Counted from the stretch's first letter, positions 15,634 to 27,033 are shown. The stretch: DNA of 31,166 nucleotides from Bdellovibrionales bacterium (GCA_043739185.1 JAYUEN010000465.1:1-31166), one strand, 5' to 3'. Notes: generated by a model from the letters alone, not told the origin. A program made the numbers and translations.

Positions 15634-16569
15634 CTAGGTGGCACTTTTCATTTTGAACAAGATCGAATACATCGCGTTTAAGATTTCGGGGTCATAGCGG
15701 CCGGCCAATTTATTTTTCATAAATTCAACGGCATCAGTTGGCGTCATTGGGACATTGTATGAACGCTTGGTGGTGAGTGCATCATAAGTATCGGTGATCG
15801 CTACAATCCGCGCCATTGGATGAATTTCGGGGCCGGTGAGCTGTTGGGGGTACCCGTTACCTACGAAACTTTCATGGTGTTCAAAGCAGCAGGCACGCAT
15901 CGATTCACTACAAGCATAGTCCGTTAAAATTTTGAGTCCAAATTGAGGATGTTTTTGCATTTGGGCCCATTCTACTTCGGTGAGTGGGCCCTGTTTGCAA
16001 ATAATATCGACGTGAACATTGCGCTTGCCAATATCGTGAAATAAAGCGCCTCGGCCAAGTTCTGCCAGTTCTTCACGCCCAAAGCCTACGGCTTTGCCAA
16101 GACCGAGAGAATAAACTCCAACGTCTAAAGAATGATTGTAGGTATAAAAATCATGGCTGGAAAGTGAGATGAGATGAGCCATGCCTTCAGGTTCTTGCTC
16201 CATAAAATCGATGAATTGGGTGATCACTTCTTTGGACTCATCAAGGGCGCGGCTCACATCGGGTTGTTCAAAAATTTCTTCAGCAAGCGCCATCGAGCTT
16301 TCGCGAAGAATATGCGCTTTAGTTGCGATATCAATCGCTTCTTCGTTCATGCGTTCAAAAATAAAATTCTTAAAATTTTTGCGATGTTCTTCAAGAATAT
16401 AAAAAACATCGGCCTTTCCCAATTGCGCAATTTTTTCTTTGGAGAGGCGATCTCCCGAGCGCAAATAGTGAACGTATCTGCCGTTGATCATAATAAAAAG
16501 ATCAAAATCTATTGGGCGATCGGGTAAGATCGTGCTGACTTTAATTTTGAAGTGTTTTGCGGGATCCAT
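15634..16569 (-). CDS. HD-GYP domain protein (cyclic dinucleotide phosphodiesterase family)
   Basis: YTYNHSLDV, HDIGK, HPQFG, HHE..GNGYP and DTYDALTTKRSY motifs. Confidence 0.92.
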   Translation of the reverse strand: MDPAKHFKIKVSTILPDRPIDFDLFIMINGRYVHYLRSGDRLSKEKIAQLGKADVFYILEEHRKNFKNFIFERMNEEAIDIATKAHILRESSMALAEEIFEQPDVSRALDESKEVITQFIDFMEQEPEGMAHLISLSSHDFYTYNHSLDVGVYSLGLGKAVGFGREELAELGRGALFHDIGKRNVHVDIICKQGPLTEVEWAQMQKHPQFGLKILTDYACSESMRACCFEHHESFVGNGYPQQLTGPEIHPMARIVAITDTYDALTTKRSYNVPMTPTDAVEFMKNKLAGRYDPEILNAMYSILFKMKSAT

Positions 16570-16629
16570 TAAATAATTATGTCATGCTTTGGTTGACTGG
16601 CCAAGCAAACAGAACTTAAATGCGCAATC

Positions 16630-18771
16630 ATGGGACTAAAGCCGACATACACATCAGGTCTAAAACCGGGTCAAAGACCCTCCCTAAAATTAGACACACC
16701 CATTCAGTTCCTCAAGGGAGTTGGACCAAAGTTGGGCGATATTCTTTCAAAAAAAGACATCAAAGATGTAAAAGATTTGATCGAATATTATCCGCGGGCC
16801 TATGAAGATCGCAGAGTTGCTCGCAATATTTCTTCTCTAAAGCCTGGGGAATTGGTCAGTTTGAAAGCACAAGTTGCAAGCGTTAGTTCCTACAATATGG
16901 GAAAGTCCCGACGCAAAATTTATGATGTCACCCTTTACGACGGGTCCGGGAAGATTCATTGCAAATATTTTCGAGTTCCTTACCGGGGTTATTTCGAAAG
17001 ATTTAAAGTTGGTGAATTGGTAAGGGTGGTAGGGAAAGTTACTTTTTATCGAAGCCAAATCGAGTTTCATCATCCCGATCTTGAAGAAATAAATGCCGAA
17101 GATGAAGAGTCCAAAGATCAAGTTTTGCCGATTTATCCCGAAACTGAAGGGCTATCCACGCGCCATATTCAAAAAATGTTAGCACAGGTGATTCGGGAAT
17201 TTGATCCTGCGCCTCCGGTTGAACTCGAGCGCCTTCCGAGGTGGATTGAAGAAAAGTATCAGTTGGCTAGGCGCTGGGTTGCGCTTAAAAATATTCATAT
17301 TCCACCAGATCAGTCGGGCGAAGATTTCGTCGCCTTAAAGTCTGAATTTCATCGGCGAATTATTTTTGAAGAATTTTTTTGGCTCGAACTCTATCTCGCA
17401 AGTAAGAGATCAAGCTTTAAAGACATGAGTGCCAAGCCACTAAAATCTGATTTTGAGTTGGTCACCAAACTAGTTCAAAGTTTGAGTTTTAAGCTGACCC
17501 AGGCCCAGCGGAGATCCTTTAAAGAAATTGCCGATGATTTAGCAAAGCCCTCTCCCATGCATCGGCTGGTGCAAGGGGATGTCGGAAGTGGTAAAACCCT
17601 AGTCGCATTCATGAGTGCTCTGATTGCTATTCAAAATAAGCAACAAGTTGCCCTTATGGTTCCGACTGAAATTTTAGCGGAACAACACTTTCAAAACTCT
17701 AAAAAATACCTGGAGCCCCTGGGCGTTAGAGTTTCATTGCTTACGGGTGCGATGAAAGCGTCTGAAAAACAAAGAGTTTATGAAGCTCTTTCAGCCGGAG
17801 AAATTGATATCTGTGTCGGCACACATGCCCTTATTCAAGAGGATGTTGAGTTTAAAAATTTAGCTCTTGCGATCATAGATGAGCAGCATCGCTTTGGAGT
17901 TGAACAGCGAAGTTTGCTCAAATCAAAAGGCCAGAGCCCACATTTTTTAATTATGACCGCCACACCTATTCCCAGGACTTTGGCGATGACAGTTTATGGA
18001 GATCTCGATGTTTCAGTTATCGATGAGCTTCCGGTGGGTCGAACTCCAATTGTAACTCGCGTGGTATATGAGGGCGCGCGCCCTAAATTCATGAGCTTTT
18101 TAAAAGAACAAGTACAGGCGGGAAGACAGGCTTATATTGTTTATCCGCTTGTAGAGGAGAGCGAAAAGATAGATTTGAAAGATGCGATTTCACAATTTGA
18201 AAGACTTAAAATTGATTTTCCTGATTTCAAAATTGCCCTTCTTCACGGCAGAATGAAGCCGCAAGAAAAAGATGAAGTGATGAGGGCTTTTCGCAGCGGG
18301 CATTTTCAGATTTTGGTATCGACCACGGTGATCGAGGTAGGGGTTGATGTTGCAAATGCGACTTTAATGGTTATTGAACACGCTGAGCGCTTTGGATTGT
18401 CTCAGCTTCATCAATTGCGGGGGCGAGTGGGCCGGGGGAGCCTGAAGAGCTATTGCATTTTATTTTTAGGGCGGGCGGTTTCGATCGAATCTCGCGAGCG
18501 AGTCAAGATTATGGAGATGACTTCTGATGGCTTTAAAATTTCTGAAGCCGATCTTGAAATTAGAGGCCCAGGCGAATTTCTGGGTCGCAAGCAATCTGGT
18601 CTTCCTGGCTTTAAGCTCGCCAATCTGATCCGAGATGTGAAAATTTTATCAGAGGCCAGAGAGGCTGCATTTTCAATCTTAGAAAGGGATCCAAAGCTAG
18701 ATCGCTCCGAACATCAAGCTCTTAAGTCCGAGTTGACAAAGGGAAGTAGCCAATTTGTTTCGGTGGGCTAA
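16630..18771 (+). CDS. recG: ATP-dependent DNA helicase RecG
   Basis: LKGVGPK N-terminus, wedge/OB domain, RLVQGDVGSGKT, DEQHRFGVEQR, MTATPIPRTL, GLSQLHQLRGRVGRG, DLEIRGPGE. Confidence 0.98.
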   Translation: MGLKPTYTSGLKPGQRPSLKLDTPIQFLKGVGPKLGDILSKKDIKDVKDLIEYYPRAYEDRRVARNISSLKPGELVSLKAQVASVSSYNMGKSRRKIYDVTLYDGSGKIHCKYFRVPYRGYFERFKVGELVRVVGKVTFYRSQIEFHHPDLEEINAEDEESKDQVLPIYPETEGLSTRHIQKMLAQVIREFDPAPPVELERLPRWIEEKYQLARRWVALKNIHIPPDQSGEDFVALKSEFHRRIIFEEFFWLELYLASKRSSFKDMSAKPLKSDFELVTKLVQSLSFKLTQAQRRSFKEIADDLAKPSPMHRLVQGDVGSGKTLVAFMSALIAIQNKQQVALMVPTEILAEQHFQNSKKYLEPLGVRVSLLTGAMKASEKQRVYEALSAGEIDICVGTHALIQEDVEFKNLALAIIDEQHRFGVEQRSLLKSKGQSPHFLIMTATPIPRTLAMTVYGDLDVSVIDELPVGRTPIVTRVVYEGARPKFMSFLKEQVQAGRQAYIVYPLVEESEKIDLKDAISQFERLKIDFPDFKIALLHGRMKPQEKDEVMRAFRSGHFQILVSTTVIEVGVDVANATLMVIEHAERFGLSQLHQLRGRVGRGSLKSYCILFLGRAVSIESRERVKIMEMTSDGFKISEADLEIRGPGEFLGRKQSGLPGFKLANLIRDVKILSEAREAAFSILERDPKLDRSEHQALKSELTKGSSQFVSVG

Positions 18772-18890
18772 AGCTTAGCAGGCCTATTTACTTAAAATTG
18801 TTTAATTAAGACTGAATCAAACGCCACAACAGGCCTCAAATTATCTAGCTAGAGCCAACAGAGAAATAAGTTCATTTTCATGAGTTTCAA

Positions 18891-18919
18891 TTGATTGAGA
18901 GTGTCATACCTGTTATAAA
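18891..18919 (+). promoter_or_regulatory. Putative sigma70 promoter of carD with extended -10
   Basis: TTGATT (18891-18896), 17 bp spacer, TGn-TATAAA (-10 at 18914-18919); AGGGAGG RBS at 18946-18952. Confidence 0.5.
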
Positions 18920-18959
18920 CATTTGGCTCTGGGGTATGTTTTTTTAGGGAGGTCTGTTG

Positions 18960-19448
18960 ATGGCATCATTTAATGTCGGTGACAATGCGGTTTATCCTGG
19001 TCACGGTGTCGGCAAAGTTACAGCCATGGAGACCAAAGAGATCTTCGGAAACAAGCAAGTTTTTTATACTATCCAAATCTTAGATAGCGGAATGAAAATC
19101 ATGATTCCGAAAAACAACGTCGATACAGTCGGTCTTCGCCCGATAATTTCAAAAGAAGAAGCTGGCAAAGTGATTCAGATTTTAAAAGAAACCAATGTTA
19201 AAATCGACAATCAAACTTGGAACCGAAGATATCGCGAATATATGGAGAAAATTAAAACCGGATCAGTTTACGAAATAGCTGAGGTTTTACGCGATCTATT
19301 TTTGCTAAAGGTTGATAAAGAATTAAGTTTTGGTGAGCGCAAAATGCTTGATACTGCGCGTAATTTACTTCTTAAAGAGCTCTCTCTTGCAACTAGCAAA
19401 GATGATTTGGAACAACAAGCTGAAGTACGTTCCATTTTTGGTTTATAA
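18960..19448 (+). CDS. carD: CarD/CdnL-family RNA polymerase-binding transcription factor
   Basis: F.VGD.AVYPGHGVG, VGLRPII, WNRRYREYMEKIKTGS..EIAEVLRDL, LSFGERKMLDTAR; RBS spacing favours ATG 18960. Confidence 0.95.
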   Translation: MASFNVGDNAVYPGHGVGKVTAMETKEIFGNKQVFYTIQILDSGMKIMIPKNNVDTVGLRPIISKEEAGKVIQILKETNVKIDNQTWNRRYREYMEKIKTGSVYEIAEVLRDLFLLKVDKELSFGERKMLDTARNLLLKELSLATSKDDLEQQAEVRSIFGL

Positions 19449-19556
19449 AAATCTGTCAAAAATTAAGTTTGCTACGTTATTATAATTAAAGCAGTTCTTT
19501 CGTAAAAAGCATTTCCTTGTTAGTCTGTAAGACATTGTATTTAACAAGGAAATAGA

Positions 19557-21050
19557 ATGTCTCATGCTCCAAAAAATTTGCAAAATGTGCGCGTACGATT
19601 TGCGCCCTCGCCAACCGGTTATCTTCATGTTGGCGGTGCCAGAACTGCTCTTTATAATTATCTTTTTGCAAAACGCTTTGGTGGCAAATTTATTCTGAGA
19701 GTGGAGGATACGGATTTAGACCGCTCCACAGAAGAGTCAATGAAGACTCAGATTCACGCATTGAACTGGCTGAATCTAGCCTGGGATGAGGGGCCTGATC
19801 CCAAGACCCTGGTAGATTCTGGCGCCTATGGTCCCTATCGCCAGTCTCAACGAAAAGATATTTACCTCAAATATGCCGAACTTTTGATATCAAAAGATCT
19901 CGCTTATTACGATTTTAGAAGCGATGAGGAGCTTGAAGCTCTTAAGCAGATCGCGATCCAAGCGGGGCGGCCGCAACAAGTTGAAGCTCCGGAAATAATA
20001 GTATCGCCAACCGATGCTAAGAAACGCATCGCGAGTGGTGAAAAGGCTGCAATCCGATTTAGAGTCCGCGAGAAACGAGATTATATATTGCACGACTTGA
20101 TTCGCGGCGAAGTGAAGTTTCCAAGCGATATGGTGGGCGACTTTGTTATCTTGAGATCAAACGGTATGCCGGTCTATAATTTCTGTTGTGCAATCGACGA
20201 TGCGCTCATGAAGATTACCCATGTTTTTCGTGCCGAAGAACATCTGAACAATACTTTGCGGCAATTGATGCTTTATGAAGCCTTTGGTTTTGAGATACCA
20301 GAATTTGGACATCTCTCAATTATTTTAGGCGCCGACAAACAAAAGCTTTCAAAACGCCATGGCGCTACAAGTTGCCATGAATATGAGGAGCGCGGTTATT
20401 TGCCAGAGGCGCTAAATAATTTTATTTTGTTATTGGGTTGGTCTGCGCCGAGTGCAAAGGAAATTCTGTCTCGCGAAGAGATGATTTCAGAATTTACCAG
20501 CGAGCGCTTTCATTCAGCCGCTGCGGTATTTGATGAAACCAAATTAAATTGGATGAATGCGACTCATCTACGCGCACTTTCACATCGAGATCTTTGGCAA
20601 AGGCTTAAACCTTTTTTAGACAAAGCAGGTCTCAAATTAAGCGATGATCCTAAATGGCAAGATGAAGCTCTGGCGGCATTTAAAACTTATATGAGCAATT
20701 TGTCTGATGGCACTCCGTTGTTTCGTCATTTAAGTGACGAGGCATTTGAAATCAAGCCTGAGGCAAATGAAGCTTTCACCTGGGCTGAGTCCTTATCTGT
20801 CTGGAAAAAATGGCGCGAATTAATAGTGGCTCATGAGGGAGAAAGCTTTACCGAAGCTGACTTTCTAGCCATACAAGATCAAGTTAAGCTTGCGACTGGC
20901 GCCAAGGGGAAAAATCTTTTTCAACCCATTCGAGTTGCCATAATTGGTGAGCCACACGGTACGGAGCTCAAACTTTTGGTGCCTTTGATGAAAAAAAAAT
21001 CACTTATATTGAGAGTTGATAAATGTCTCGCTCGAGGAGAGTCTAAATAA
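19557..21050 (+). CDS. gltX: Glutamate--tRNA ligase
   Basis: VRVRFAPSPTGYLHVGGARTAL, LRVEDTD, KLSKRHG, and a full-length anticodon-binding domain. Confidence 0.97.
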   Translation: MSHAPKNLQNVRVRFAPSPTGYLHVGGARTALYNYLFAKRFGGKFILRVEDTDLDRSTEESMKTQIHALNWLNLAWDEGPDPKTLVDSGAYGPYRQSQRKDIYLKYAELLISKDLAYYDFRSDEELEALKQIAIQAGRPQQVEAPEIIVSPTDAKKRIASGEKAAIRFRVREKRDYILHDLIRGEVKFPSDMVGDFVILRSNGMPVYNFCCAIDDALMKITHVFRAEEHLNNTLRQLMLYEAFGFEIPEFGHLSIILGADKQKLSKRHGATSCHEYEERGYLPEALNNFILLLGWSAPSAKEILSREEMISEFTSERFHSAAAVFDETKLNWMNATHLRALSHRDLWQRLKPFLDKAGLKLSDDPKWQDEALAAFKTYMSNLSDGTPLFRHLSDEAFEIKPEANEAFTWAESLSVWKKWRELIVAHEGESFTEADFLAIQDQVKLATGAKGKNLFQPIRVAIIGEPHGTELKLLVPLMKKKSLILRVDKCLARGESK

Positions 21051-22510
21051 TGGCTATTCAAATTTTTAATTCCTTGTCTCAGAAAAAAGAAGACTTCGTT
21101 TCGCTCGTGCCTGGCATTGTTAAAATGTATTTATGTGGCCCTACGGTTTATGGGCTTTTACATATTGGCAACTTTCGCGGACCTATATTTTTCAATCTGG
21201 TTCGCAATTGGTTTGAAAAATCAGGCTACGATGTCACCTTTGTCTACAATTACACAGATGTAGACGATCGCATTATTGAAAAAGCCATTGCCGAAAATTC
21301 GGCTTCGTGGGTTATTTCTGAAAGATATATTGGCGAATTTCGAAATGATTTTGGCACTCTTAAATTAAAGCCCCATGATAGCAACCCAAAAGTTACCGAA
21401 AATATGGGCGCCATAGTCAAGATGATTGAAAAACTTGTTGAAAATGGTTCGGCTTATGTGGCTGAAGGCGAGGTGCTGTTTTCAGTTCGCAAATTTGCAG
21501 AGTACGGAAAGCTTTCGCATCGAAATATTGATGATCTGAAACAAGCAGCCAAGGGTGAGCTGAACCAAAAAAAGATCGACCCTCTCGATTTTGCTCTCTG
21601 GAAGCCAGCAAAACCAGATGAACCCAAATGGCCATCTCCGTGGGGAGAAGGGCGTCCGGGCTGGCATATTGAGTGTTCCGCGATGATTCATGAAATTTTA
21701 GGTGAGAGTATTGATATTCATGGGGGCGGGATGGACTTGCTGTTTCCTCATCATGAAAATGAAATTGCCCAGAGTGAAGCTTGTACTGGAAAGAAATTTG
21801 TTAAGTATTGGATGCACAATAATATGATCAACTTCGGCGATAAAAAAATGTCGAAGTCTTTGGGTAATATCAAGACGGCTCGAGAATTTCTAAAAGAATA
21901 CAATGCCGAAATCCTCAAGTACATGATGCTAGGGATTCACTATCGATCGGTGAGTGATTTTTCTGAAAAAGCTATTGAGAATGCCATTTCGGGTTTGGCG
22001 CGAATTTATTCTGCTTTAGCACTCGCTCATCACCTGCATTCAAGTTCCGATATTGTTCCGGGTGCAGTTGTTCCTGATTTTAATAAAGCTCTTTTAGAAG
22101 AAAATGAGCAAATCAAAAAAGCCTTAGATGATGATTTTAATACACCTGAAGTGATGGCGTCTTTTTTCAAGGTGGTTAGAAGCTTCAATACCATTTTTCG
22201 TTACGGTATGAAAATGACCCCCGAAGTTCGCGCAACTTGCTTGAGTTTTGAATCCTGGATTCGTGAAAAGGGCAGCCTTATGTCGCTCTTTCAAGAAGAT
22301 GCGGCCCAGTATTTGCGAATACTTGATGATATGTTACTTCTGCAAAAAGATTTGAAGCGGCCGGTGATTGATGAGTTGGTGAAAGAGCGAATTTCGGCCC
22401 GCAAAAGCAAAGACTTTAAAAAAGGCGATGAAATTAGAGCTCAATTGACTGGCTTAGGAATTAAGGTTTTTGATCTTGGCGAAACGAGTCAATGGGAAGT
22501 TGAGAAGTAG
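21050..22510 (+). CDS. cysS: Cysteine--tRNA ligase
   Basis: MYLCGPTVY..HIGN, DFALWK, GRPGWHIECSAM, DIHGGG.DL.FPHHENE, KMSKSLGN; 1-bp TAATG overlap with gltX. Confidence 0.98.
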   Translation: MAIQIFNSLSQKKEDFVSLVPGIVKMYLCGPTVYGLLHIGNFRGPIFFNLVRNWFEKSGYDVTFVYNYTDVDDRIIEKAIAENSASWVISERYIGEFRNDFGTLKLKPHDSNPKVTENMGAIVKMIEKLVENGSAYVAEGEVLFSVRKFAEYGKLSHRNIDDLKQAAKGELNQKKIDPLDFALWKPAKPDEPKWPSPWGEGRPGWHIECSAMIHEILGESIDIHGGGMDLLFPHHENEIAQSEACTGKKFVKYWMHNNMINFGDKKMSKSLGNIKTAREFLKEYNAEILKYMMLGIHYRSVSDFSEKAIENAISGLARIYSALALAHHLHSSSDIVPGAVVPDFNKALLEENEQIKKALDDDFNTPEVMASFFKVVRSFNTIFRYGMKMTPEVRATCLSFESWIREKGSLMSLFQEDAAQYLRILDDMLLLQKDLKRPVIDELVKERISARKSKDFKKGDEIRAQLTGLGIKVFDLGETSQWEVEK

Positions 22511-22554
22511 GGCTTGTATAATTAAATATGCCCTAAGCCGCCTGACAGGTTGAA

Positions 22555-24681
22555 ATGGCAAAGTTTAAACTTAAATCTGAATTCAAGCCTTCGGGTGATC
22601 AGCCCCGCGCAATTGAATCTATTGTTTCAAATATCCGGCAGAATATTTCGCAGCAAACTTTATTGGGTGTTACCGGCAGCGGTAAAACTTTTACCATGGC
22701 CAATACTATTCAGGAAACCGGTTTGCCGGCCTTGATTTTGGCGCCCAATAAAACCTTGGCAGCTCAGCTTTATGGTGAGTTCAAAGAACTCTTTCCGGAA
22801 AACGCCGTCGAATATTTCGTAAGTTACTACGATTATTATCAGCCTGAAGCCTATATTCCAACGACTGATACCTTTATTGAAAAAGATTCGGCGATCAATG
22901 ATCAGATCGATCGCATGCGCCACTCTGCCACACGTTCGCTCTTTGATCGAACAGATGTCATCATCGTGAGTAGTGTATCGTGTATTTATGGTTTGGGGTC
23001 ACCCGAGGCTTACGAAGGCATGATGATTCATGTGGTTGCAAATAAAGAAATAAAGCGGGATCAATTTTTACGTGAATTGGTACGTATTCAATATAAGCGC
23101 AATGATGTCGATTTTCATCGCGGCACATTCAGGGTGCGTGGTGATATTGTAGATGTTTTTCCTCCCTATGAAGATGAAAAAGCCATTCGCGTTGAATTCT
23201 TTGGTGACTTCATCGAGCGCCTTTCCTGGGTCGATCCTCTGCGTGGAGTGAGCCTGGGTGAAATCGAGCAAATCGCGATTTATCCGGGCAGTCACTATGT
23301 GACCAGCGATGGCCGAATCAAGACCGCAATTAAAAATATTCAAGAAGAGCTACAGCTGCGAATTGCTGAGCTCACTCACAATATGAAATATCTTGAGGCG
23401 CAACGAATTGAGCAACGCACTTACTACGACATTGAAATGATGGAGGAGCTTGGCTTTTGTCAAGGCATCGAAAATTACTCAAGACATCTTACCGGTCGTA
23501 ACCCTGGAGAGCCGCCGCCAACTTTATTAGAATACTTCCCAGATAAATTTATCACCTTCATAGATGAGTCGCATGTTACCGTACCACAGATTGGCGGTAT
23601 GTACCGAGGCGATCGCGCCCGCAAAACTACTTTGGTGGAGCATGGCTTTCGCTTACCATCAGCACTCGATAATCGCCCTCTTAATTTTATTGAATTCGAA
23701 GAAATGATGGACAAAGTTGTATATGTTTCGGCGACTCCTGGCCCTTATGAGCTTAAAAAGAGTGAGGGATTAATCATAGAGCAAATCATTCGACCCACAG
23801 GTTTGCTCGATCCCAATGTTGAAGTGCGCCCGGCAAAACATCAGGTCGACGATCTCTTAAAAGAAATTCGCTTGCGGGTTGAGAGAAGTGAGCGTGTATT
23901 GATTACCACACTCACAAAGAGAAGTGCGGAAGATCTCACTGAATATTTCGACGGCCTCAATGTAAAAGTAAAATATCTTCACAGCGATATCAAAACCATG
24001 GAGCGCTCTGAAATTTTGCGCGACTTAAGGCTCGGCATTTTCGATGTCTTGATTGGGATCAATTTGCTACGTGAGGGATTGGATATTCCAGAAGTAAGTT
24101 TGGTCGCGATTACGGATGCAGATAAGGAAGGATTTTTAAGAAGCGAAAGATCGCTGGTGCAAACCATTGGTCGCGCCGCCCGCAATGTCGATGGCCGAGT
24201 CATACTGTATGCCGATCACATAACCGAGAGCATGAGTAAGGCAATGCATGAAACCAAACGAAGACGTAAAATTCAAGAAGAGTATAATACTGCAAATGGC
24301 ATAACCCCTGCCACCATTCAAAAACGAATCCGTGAGAGCTTAGGTGATATTTACGGGTCCGTCAATTATGCTGCTCCTTTGCCGGGGGTTAAGCAGGTTG
24401 CAAGTCCAAGCGAGAAATATTTGAATGACCCAAAAGGAATTGATAAAAAAATTCAATCCATCAGAAAGAAAATGAAAAAACTTTCAGATGATTTGGAATT
24501 TGAAGAAGCTGCCAAATTAAGAGATGAGATCAAGCGTCTTGAAATTATTCAATTGGGTAGTCTTTCTGGAAGTGTGGAGGATGAACTAAACCAAGTGATC
24601 GAGAGCGGTGAAATCGACAAACCGCAAATATTGAATCTCACAGATCCTAGCCCTTCAGACAAAAAGAAACCTAAAATATGA
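22555..24681 (+). CDS. uvrB: Excinuclease ABC subunit B
   Basis: [59 protein letters not shown]-terminal UVR domain ([13 protein letters not shown]). Confidence 0.98.
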   Translation: MAKFKLKSEFKPSGDQPRAIESIVSNIRQNISQQTLLGVTGSGKTFTMANTIQETGLPALILAPNKTLAAQLYGEFKELFPENAVEYFVSYYDYYQPEAYIPTTDTFIEKDSAINDQIDRMRHSATRSLFDRTDVIIVSSVSCIYGLGSPEAYEGMMIHVVANKEIKRDQFLRELVRIQYKRNDVDFHRGTFRVRGDIVDVFPPYEDEKAIRVEFFGDFIERLSWVDPLRGVSLGEIEQIAIYPGSHYVTSDGRIKTAIKNIQEELQLRIAELTHNMKYLEAQRIEQRTYYDIEMMEELGFCQGIENYSRHLTGRNPGEPPPTLLEYFPDKFITFIDESHVTVPQIGGMYRGDRARKTTLVEHGFRLPSALDNRPLNFIEFEEMMDKVVYVSATPGPYELKKSEGLIIEQIIRPTGLLDPNVEVRPAKHQVDDLLKEIRLRVERSERVLITTLTKRSAEDLTEYFDGLNVKVKYLHSDIKTMERSEILRDLRLGIFDVLIGINLLREGLDIPEVSLVAITDADKEGFLRSERSLVQTIGRAARNVDGRVILYADHITESMSKAMHETKRRRKIQEEYNTANGITPATIQKRIRESLGDIYGSVNYAAPLPGVKQVASPSEKYLNDPKGIDKKIQSIRKKMKKLSDDLEFEEAAKLRDEIKRLEIIQLGSLSGSVEDELNQVIESGEIDKPQILNLTDPSPSDKKKPKI

Positions 24682-26600
24682 ACAAGCCTACGTCCGAAGC
24701 TGACGAAGACAGGCTTTTCAGGCTCAAGGAAAAAGTCAAAAATCTACCGCAACTTCCCGGGGTCTATATAATGAAGACCCAAGGTGGCAAAATCATTTAT
24801 GTAGGCAAAGCAAAGAGTCTTCGCAATCGTGTGCGCAGTTATTTTTCGATGAGTCCTGAGCTTTCTGCAAAAACTATTTTTTTAGTTCGAAATATTTCTG
24901 ATTTTGAATATATGCTGACGCAAACTGAAGTCGAGGCATTTTTGCTTGAAGCTTCACTCATAAAAAAGCATCGACCCAAATATAATATTCGCCTAAAAGA
25001 TGATAAATCCTATCCTTATATCTGTTTGAGTATGAGTGATCCATTTCCAAGACTTTATTTAAAGCGTAAAGTTGAAAAGAACGGATCACTTTATTTCGGT
25101 CCCTTTACGAGTGGCTTGGCGGTTAATGCCACCATCAAGTTTTTGAATCGCAGCTTTATGATTCGTGATTGCACCGATGGCTTTTTTAAAACTCGCAAAC
25201 GTCCTTGCATGACTTATCAAATTGGGCGCTGCACAGGACCGTGTGTAGGACTCATAAATGAAGCTGATTATGCTGCTGATATTGAAGCAGCTAAAAACTT
25301 TTTGCGTGGTCGAAATCGCAAAGTTGTAAGCGAGCTGACGCGTAAAATGAAGATGGCGGCCGCAGAAGAAAAATTTGAAAATGCTGCAAAAATGAGAGAT
25401 TCGATTGAATCCATTCAGAAAATTTTAGAAAAACAAGCTGTGATCAATCCGACAAGCGAGATTGATCAAGATGTCATTGGTTTTTTTGGCGACGAATTTG
25501 GCACCATGATTGAGACCTTGCATATTCGCCAAGGAGTCATGATCGGCAATCGTTCTCATTATTTGAAAGATTTAAATCCTTCAGCCGAAGGTGAAGATGT
25601 GCGGGAGTGGCTGACTTCTTTCATAACCCAATACTATTACGATAATATTGTGCCTGATGAAGTCATACTGACTGTTGATTTGGGACTTGATTTGGTTAAG
25701 CTTCTTCAAGCGGTTTTGAAAGAAAGAGCCGAACATGAGGTGGTGGTGAGATTTGCAACCGATGAAAAGGGCCAAAAACTAATCTCGCTGGCAAATCAAA
25801 ATGCCCACGCAAAATATGCAGACCAAGTTTCAAAAAATAAGAAACGCGCGCTCGGGCTTGAAGAAATTAAAGAGAAATTAGGGCTTTTGAAGCTTCCAAA
25901 AAGAATTGAATGTTTTGATATATCAAATTTTCAAGGTGCCGAAAGTGTCGCCTCTCAAGTGGTATTCGAGGAAGGCCTGCCCGCAAAAGATCATTATCGT
26001 CGCTATAAAATTAAAACGGTAAAGGGAGCAAACGATTTTGAATCGATGCGTGAAGTGCTTTCACGTAGGCTCGAACATACCGAATGGGAAGAGCCAGATT
26101 TAATAGTGGTTGACGGTGGTAAGGGTCAGTTGGGGATTGCGGTAGAAGTGCTCGAAGAAATGAAACGGGATATTGCCGTCGTAGGCTTGGCTAAGGCACG
26201 TTCTCAGGGAGAATTTACGGATCAAGAGGTTTCGGCGACTGAGGAACGTTTTTATCTTCCGGGTCGATCCAATCCCGTAATATTTCGCCCAGCAAGCGAC
26301 GCCTTTCAGATTCTGGTCGGGATTCGTGACGAAGCTCATCGTTTTGCAATTACTTATCATCGAAAATTGCGAGATCAAACCAGTCTTGAAAGTGAACTAG
26401 ATTTTGTCGTAGGTTTGGGCGAGAAGCGAAAGAAAGAATTGCTGAAGAGATTCAATTCGGTCGATGACATAAAGGGTGCAAGTATCGAACAAATTGCGAG
26501 TCTGCATGGCTTCAACCAGATTTTGGCAGAGCGAATTTTGCTTCAGCTCAATGAAAGTGAACAACTTGCTGAATCGCCTCACTCGGACTCGAACTCATAA
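24678..26600 (+). CDS. uvrC: Excinuclease ABC subunit C
   Basis: GIY-YIG ([21 protein letters not shown]), Cys cluster, UVR domain, [23 protein letters not shown], HhH tail; ATGA overlap with uvrB. Confidence 0.98.
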   Translation: MNKPTSEADEDRLFRLKEKVKNLPQLPGVYIMKTQGGKIIYVGKAKSLRNRVRSYFSMSPELSAKTIFLVRNISDFEYMLTQTEVEAFLLEASLIKKHRPKYNIRLKDDKSYPYICLSMSDPFPRLYLKRKVEKNGSLYFGPFTSGLAVNATIKFLNRSFMIRDCTDGFFKTRKRPCMTYQIGRCTGPCVGLINEADYAADIEAAKNFLRGRNRKVVSELTRKMKMAAAEEKFENAAKMRDSIESIQKILEKQAVINPTSEIDQDVIGFFGDEFGTMIETLHIRQGVMIGNRSHYLKDLNPSAEGEDVREWLTSFITQYYYDNIVPDEVILTVDLGLDLVKLLQAVLKERAEHEVVVRFATDEKGQKLISLANQNAHAKYADQVSKNKKRALGLEEIKEKLGLLKLPKRIECFDISNFQGAESVASQVVFEEGLPAKDHYRRYKIKTVKGANDFESMREVLSRRLEHTEWEEPDLIVVDGGKGQLGIAVEVLEEMKRDIAVVGLAKARSQGEFTDQEVSATEERFYLPGRSNPVIFRPASDAFQILVGIRDEAHRFAITYHRKLRDQTSLESELDFVVGLGEKRKKELLKRFNSVDDIKGASIEQIASLHGFNQILAERILLQLNESEQLAESPHSDSNS

Positions 26601-26601
26601 T

Positions 26602-26814
26602 TTACTGCAAAATATAGCTTCGGCTTTTCAATTTAACATTGCAGCATGCGCAGCGTGCGTCTTCTTTTACGCTCAAGCTGAGATAATCTGTTTGATGTGT
26701 GAATTGCAAGTCCTGGCCACAAAGTGCACATTTTAGATAATCTTCCGAACAAATTTCTGACGAGCTATATTGATCTTCTGATTCATTGTTGCCTTTTAAA
26801 TTGTTCATAAACAT
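26602..26814 (-). CDS. Small putative zinc-ribbon protein
   Basis: CALC-x22-CACC motif pair and purine-rich RBS (AAGGAAAGGG); the start could also be ATG 26808. Confidence 0.7.
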   Translation of the reverse strand: MFMNNLKGNNESEDQYSSSEICSEDYLKCALCGQDLQFTHQTDYLSLSVKEDARCACCNVKLKSRSYILQ

Positions 26815-27033
26815 CCCTTTCCTTGATTGGATGTATTGGTTACGGATGTTCTGGGTGGTCTCTGAAGGTCCAGAGAGCGAAATATGCAGGAACCAGCCTC
26901 AGGGCCAAGGAAAATTTTGCCGGATATTCACAGGGACTTGTCATAAGGAAACTGCGCGAATTTGCCGAGCCAAGACCGCGGCGGCTAATATATTTTGACT
27001 TCTTTCAGGCTTTAGGAGAAATCAGAGCCCAAG

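Noticed and set aside
22511..22554. SOS box or full promoter upstream of uvrB
   Set aside because: TATAAT is present at 22517-22522, but there is no properly spaced -35 and no recognisable LexA palindrome.
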